Shown here piece after piece: positions 59,511 to 64,000 of a stretch of DNA of 64,000 nucleotides. This DNA is from a virus. Numbering within the stretch: the first letter of the stretch is position 1; every line of letters starts with the position of its first letter. The stretch lies in IMG/VR virus record IMGVR_UViG_3300021964_007043. One strand, written 5' to 3'. The notes beneath the pieces are model-generated. The model saw only the letters and a list, made by a program, of their open reading frames with translations. It was not told the origin of the DNA and searched no databases. The position numbers were made by a program, and so were the translations under genes.

Positions 59511-60444
59511 AAAATTCCGTCCAGTAGAATACGACATCATATATCTTTCTTATGATGAACCTAATGCAGAAGAAAACTATGCGGACTTGTGTAGTAAAGT
59601 ACCTTGGGCAAAACGTGTACACGGAGTAGAAGGATCAGATGCCGCACACAAAGCCTGTGCAGAACTAAGTGAGACTGACCGTTTTATCACAATCGATGGT
59701 GATAATAAAATCCGTGATGGGTTTTTAGACCAAGAAATTGATATTGAAGATTTTCAAGTTTTAGAAAGCAGTGTTATTAGTTGGTGCGGACAGAATGTAA
59801 TCAATAATCTTATGTACGGCAACGGCGGTATCAAATGCTGGCCCAAAGAATATGTGCTTAAAATGCGTACACACGAAAACGCAGACCCAAATAACAAACA
59901 AGCACAAGTAGATTTTTGCTGGGACGTAAACTACATTCAGCAAAATAGTTGTTTTTCAGATGTATATAATAATGCTACTGCACAACAAGCATGGAGAGCA
60001 GGTTTTCGTGAAGGTGTAAAAATGGCATTAGATAGAGGTATTAAAGTTGAAAGTGCAGAAGCTCTACGCAACAGCCATTGGAAAAACTTACATAGATTGT
60101 ATATCTGGACAATGTTAGGTGCAGACGTTGAAAACGGCTTGTGGGCAGTATACGGCGCTAGAGAAGGCCTGTACAAAACTATGTGTACAGATTGGGATTA
60201 TGTAAATGTACGTGATTTTAAATATTTGAATAATCTATGGGATACCAAATACAGTAAAATTACAGAAGAAAGTTTACGTTATGAAATAATGGGTCTAGGC
60301 GAAACACTAAAGTATGAACTTGACATTCCTATTGCAACAGATCCTCTTGATCCTGAACAGAGCAAGTTTTTTAAGACAGTTTATATTAATCCTTCACGCA
60401 ACTCTAATAAGCTCATTGATGTAGAAGATGGTGCAAATGGATGA
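59503..60444 (+). CDS. Putative glycosyltransferase-like protein
   Basis: IIYLSYDEPNAE, RFITIDGDN (DxD), AWRAGFREGVKM. Confidence 0.55.
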   Translation: MTKKFRPVEYDIIYLSYDEPNAEENYADLCSKVPWAKRVHGVEGSDAAHKACAELSETDRFITIDGDNKIRDGFLDQEIDIEDFQVLESSVISWCGQNVINNLMYGNGGIKCWPKEYVLKMRTHENADPNNKQAQVDFCWDVNYIQQNSCFSDVYNNATAQQAWRAGFREGVKMALDRGIKVESAEALRNSHWKNLHRLYIWTMLGADVENGLWAVYGAREGLYKTMCTDWDYVNVRDFKYLNNLWDTKYSKITEESLRYEIMGLGETLKYELDIPIATDPLDPEQSKFFKTVYINPSRNSNKLIDVEDGANG

Positions 60445-61598
60445 GCGAAAGTTCAAGACCCTATAGTAAACTATCTGATGGTAGGACTGTAGATCCTTTG
60501 TTTGGACCTGTATGGATCAAAGAAACAAAGGGAATGGAATCATCAAAAAAAGATCTATCCGGAAAGTATTGTAATAAACTTTATACATGGTTAGAGTTTG
60601 ATATGTTTGGCAAAGCATGGATGTGTTGTCCAAGTTGGTTACCTTATCCTATAGGTAATGTGCTAACACAAACATTAGACGAAATATGGAACGGCAAAAG
60701 AGCTCAAGAACTACGAAATCAAATATTTACAGGAGATTGGAAGTATTGCCAACACGAGTTTTGTCCTCTTATTGCAGGTGATAATCTACCTAATCTTAAT
60801 ACTATAGATAATCCTCCAACAAGTACAGTTGCAGATCTTCCGACTATGTTTAACTTTTCAAATGACGAAAGTTGCAATCTTCGCTGTCCGAGTTGTAGAG
60901 TTGATAAACTTCTTTATACTGAAGGTCCATTGTACGACAGACGAAAAGAAGTAAATGACAAAATATTTAATATGTTATTTAAAGAGCCAACTGATAGGCA
61001 TTTTAGTATACATGTAACCGGAAGCGGCGATCCTTTTGCAAGCAAAATATATAGAGATATGTTACAAAAAATAGATGGGGACCTTTTTCCTAACCTAGAA
61101 GTTAACTTACAAACTAATGGTACAATGTTTACTCCTACAAATTGGAGACGTATATCTAAAATACATAAAAATCTAAGAAGGTGTGCTATTAGTTTTGATG
61201 CTGGAACAAAAGAAACATATGAAAATAAAACTCGTCTAGGAGGCGATTGGGATCTACTAATAGAAAATTGTAAATATTTAGATAATAAGGTGTTAGAATA
61301 TCCTAACTTTAAAATAGCATATGACTTTGTTGTACAATCAGATAACTATACTGAAATGAGACGGTATATACGTTTAATAGAGAATCAACTTCCTAATGCA
61401 GAAAGTATTAACTTTAGTCTTGTAACCGACTGGGGCACTTGGCCTAAAGAAGTGTACGAAGAAAAATGTATATGGAAGGATAGTCATCCAGAGCATAGTA
61501 AACTATTAACAGTTTTACAAGATAACATATTCAAAAATCCTAAAGTTCGTTTAGGAAATCTTAAGCCTATTTGGAAAAAAGCAAATGGACTTCGATAA
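60441..61598 (+). CDS. Radical SAM protein with an N-terminal SPASM/Twitch-like domain
   Basis: CNLRCPSC; C...MCC...GNV...EIWNG...C..C; TGSGDPF, TNGT. Confidence 0.9.
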   Translation: MSESSRPYSKLSDGRTVDPLFGPVWIKETKGMESSKKDLSGKYCNKLYTWLEFDMFGKAWMCCPSWLPYPIGNVLTQTLDEIWNGKRAQELRNQIFTGDWKYCQHEFCPLIAGDNLPNLNTIDNPPTSTVADLPTMFNFSNDESCNLRCPSCRVDKLLYTEGPLYDRRKEVNDKIFNMLFKEPTDRHFSIHVTGSGDPFASKIYRDMLQKIDGDLFPNLEVNLQTNGTMFTPTNWRRISKIHKNLRRCAISFDAGTKETYENKTRLGGDWDLLIENCKYLDNKVLEYPNFKIAYDFVVQSDNYTEMRRYIRLIENQLPNAESINFSLVTDWGTWPKEVYEEKCIWKDSHPEHSKLLTVLQDNIFKNPKVRLGNLKPIWKKANGLR

Positions 61599-62862
61599 AA
61601 CACCAAAAGAAATATATAAAGCTACAAAGCATTATTGCCCGTTGCTATGGAATCATTTGCATATAAACACCGAAGGTGATGTACAGCCTTGTTGTATGGC
61701 ACCTTTTGGTACAAGTTTAGGAAATATAAACGAAAAACCTTTAGATGAAATTTGGAATGGTCGTGCTATGAAAAAAGCACGTAGACGCTTGCTAAAAGAT
61801 ATGCCGTTAAGCACATGTACCGGTTGCTATGAAAAAGAACGCAGTAGTGATTGGAGTTTGAGAAAAGCAAGTATAATGAAATATCACGACAGCGTCAAAC
61901 CTTTATTAGAAACTACATTTGAAGATGGTGCAAGTTTAGATAGTAAACCTACATATTGGGATATACGTTTTTCAAATATATGCAATATGCGTTGCAGAAT
62001 GTGCGGACATTTTAGCAGTAGCAAGTGGTTTGCTGATGCAAAAAAACTAGCAGAAGAATATGATAATCCGGGTTACCTAGGAAATAAAGACAGAGCTATT
62101 ATTCATGCTGTAGAAGATACAGAAGGATTGCTTTCAAGATTAGATGAGTATCTGCCGCATATACAAGAAATATATTTTGCAGGCGGCGAACCTATGATAA
62201 TGGAAGAACATTATCGTATACTTAAAAGATTATCTAAACTAAAACTTTACAATACTTTTATTAGATACAATACAAACTTTTTGCAGTTATATTACAAAGA
62301 CAAAGATATTTTAGAGTTATGGAAAGACTTTAATAATGTACATTGTACAATAAGTGTTGATACTTACGGAGAGAGAGCTGAGATACTAAGGCATGATACT
62401 GTATGGTCCACAATAGAAGATAATGTAAAACGTGTAAAAGCAGAAGCGCCGCACATTAGATTTAATATCGCACCAACTATACAGATACTTAATGTTTTAA
62501 CTATTCCAGAACTACACAAGCAATGGTGCCAAAAAGGATGGCTAAAGCCAAATGATTTATTTTTAAACATTTTACATGATCCTAGTTTTTATAATATAAA
62601 AGCATTACCGCAGCATCTAAAAGAACAAGCAAAACAAAAGTTTGAAGAACACATTGATTGGTTATCAAAAACCTATACAGATAACTTGTATAGTGTAAAA
62701 AATACAATAAATAACTCTATAAACTATATGATGAGTGAACAACTAGAAGAAGAAAGACTGTACGAAATGTGCAAACAAACTAAACAGTTAGATATAATAA
62801 GAAACCAAAATACACCTGCTACATTTCCTGAACTTGAATACATATGGAGTAACTATGCTTAA
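61585..62862 (+). CDS. Radical SAM protein with an N-terminal SPASM/Twitch-like domain
   Basis: CNMRCRMC; CPLLW...QPCC...EIWNG...CTGC; FAGGEP, YNTN. Confidence 0.9.
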   Translation: MDFDKTPKEIYKATKHYCPLLWNHLHINTEGDVQPCCMAPFGTSLGNINEKPLDEIWNGRAMKKARRRLLKDMPLSTCTGCYEKERSSDWSLRKASIMKYHDSVKPLLETTFEDGASLDSKPTYWDIRFSNICNMRCRMCGHFSSSKWFADAKKLAEEYDNPGYLGNKDRAIIHAVEDTEGLLSRLDEYLPHIQEIYFAGGEPMIMEEHYRILKRLSKLKLYNTFIRYNTNFLQLYYKDKDILELWKDFNNVHCTISVDTYGERAEILRHDTVWSTIEDNVKRVKAEAPHIRFNIAPTIQILNVLTIPELHKQWCQKGWLKPNDLFLNILHDPSFYNIKALPQHLKEQAKQKFEEHIDWLSKTYTDNLYSVKNTINNSINYMMSEQLEEERLYEMCKQTKQLDIIRNQNTPATFPELEYIWSNYA

Positions 62863-63391
62863 ACCGATTAAACTTGATTATGATTTTAGCATCTTCTTAG
62901 ATGCAGATTATAGCGTACACGAAGGTAGCTGTATAGCACACCAAGTTCATGAGTTAACAGACATACATGAAGAATATGGTGGTTTTCCAGATAGCTATGA
63001 AAGTGAGAATACGAAAATAAGACAGTTGTGGTGGAACGAATCACAAGTAGACTTTGAAAAGATAGGTCAGCAACTTGATATGCAAGTTGTAACAGTTAGT
63101 TCAATATTGCAACCTCCAGGAAATACTATTCCTATTCATAGAGATACTTTTTTTCAGATTAACAAACGATATCCTGATGATACTAGATTAAAAGTAAGAG
63201 CTAATATGTATCTTGAAGATTGGAAAGTAGGACATTTTCTACAGTATCAGGATGCAGATAAAGAATGGTATAACAGCACTCATTGGAAACAAGGTGAAGG
63301 TTGGATGTGGGATAGTAAACACTTGCATCTTAGTTCTAACGCAGGAATGAAACCAAAGTATACTTTACAAGTAAGTGGATTTTTAAATTAG
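62855..63391 (+). CDS. Putative 2OG-Fe(II) oxygenase (probable start 62855)
   Basis: PGNTIPIHRD (HxD), later HLHLSSNAG...YTLQVSG. Confidence 0.6.
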   Translation: MLKPIKLDYDFSIFLDADYSVHEGSCIAHQVHELTDIHEEYGGFPDSYESENTKIRQLWWNESQVDFEKIGQQLDMQVVTVSSILQPPGNTIPIHRDTFFQINKRYPDDTRLKVRANMYLEDWKVGHFLQYQDADKEWYNSTHWKQGEGWMWDSKHLHLSSNAGMKPKYTLQVSGFLN

Positions 63392-63982
63392 TTTTTTGCC
63401 TCTTACTTTTTTAAGTTCTGTAATCCAAAATCTAGGTGCCCGATTTGCATAATATAGATATAACTCTTGATTGTAGTCAAGTGTATCTTGCATTTCTTCC
63501 CACATAGTATCACACTCTTGTATAGACATATTGTCTATACGCCTAATAACACGCATGATTTTTTCAATATGTATTTTAACATCACCTTCTTCTGCAAAAT
63601 CTTCGTTCCACCAACGATCGAAAGTTTTGAATCCTAGTCGATGTAACTCGTCATATAACCCGGGATTAGCACTTGTAATAAACGGACGTCTAGCAAGTAT
63701 AGGTTTACATATTTTTTCTGTTATAAACAAATCGTTATGATATGGGCCTTCTCTTTCGTTATATGTTTCACAACTTATATCTATAAACGCTCTAGAATAA
63801 TGTGTTGGATTTGGCAACCAAAACCATTTTAAATGATGATAGTCGATATTTCCTTCTTGTATTTCTTTTGGAAATGTATTAATAGGAAGTTTATGGTATA
63901 ACTCTATCATATTTTCGATATCAGTTCTGTGATAGTGCGACCTTTTGAACAATCTTTGCTGATATGCTTGGTGATATTGCAT
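63383..63982 (-). CDS. Hypothetical protein, GT10-like C-terminal motif
   Basis: FITEKICKPILARRPFI...LHRLGFKTFDRWWNEDF...YNQEL. Confidence 0.45.
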   Translation of the reverse strand: MQYHQAYQQRLFKRSHYHRTDIENMIELYHKLPINTFPKEIQEGNIDYHHLKWFWLPNPTHYSRAFIDISCETYNEREGPYHNDLFITEKICKPILARRPFITSANPGLYDELHRLGFKTFDRWWNEDFAEEGDVKIHIEKIMRVIRRIDNMSIQECDTMWEEMQDTLDYNQELYLYYANRAPRFWITELKKVRGKKLI

Positions 63983-64000
63983 TATTTCTTTTATTTCTAC

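Noticed and set aside
1-64000. CRISPR array, DGR template/variable repeats, inteins, transposases or stop-codon reassignment
   Set aside because: No regularly spaced repeats, adenine-specific repeat pairs, HINT motifs or IS ends were seen; core genes are full length in the standard code.

Overview
This 64 kb window is the virion-morphogenesis region of a large, AT-rich, T4-like myophage, probably aquatic. The left part (minus strand) carries the head module: major capsid, scaffold, prohead protease, acidic core protein and portal, followed by the tape measure. Next come gp26/gp51-like chaperones, two low-complexity proteins, a small GIY-YIG nuclease, gp46/gp47 and the gp55 late sigma factor. 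The right part (plus strand) carries the baseplate genes (gp48/54-, gp53-, gp27-, gp5-, gp25-, gp6-like and a 5190-aa gp7-like protein), tail-fibre and structural genes, and a glycosyltransferase / radical SAM / oxygenase cluster. TAAATA late promoters and consensus sigma-70 promoters are visible. The most notable signals are not in the ORF track. (1) A near-canonical glutamine (glnA-type) riboswitch sits behind a late promoter and precedes an unannotated 28-aa basic peptide. It is followed by a ~200-nt structured RNA with its own promoter and terminator, then by a switch-like 5' UTR. (2) A ~420-nt structured non-coding region begins inside the 3' end of a minimal GIY-YIG nuclease gene and is followed by two opposed C-GAA-G hairpins. 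(3) A T-TTT-TTC slippery site could fuse the gp26-like and gp51-like ORFs by -1 frameshift. All family assignments come from motif recognition by eye; no database searches or folding programs were run.
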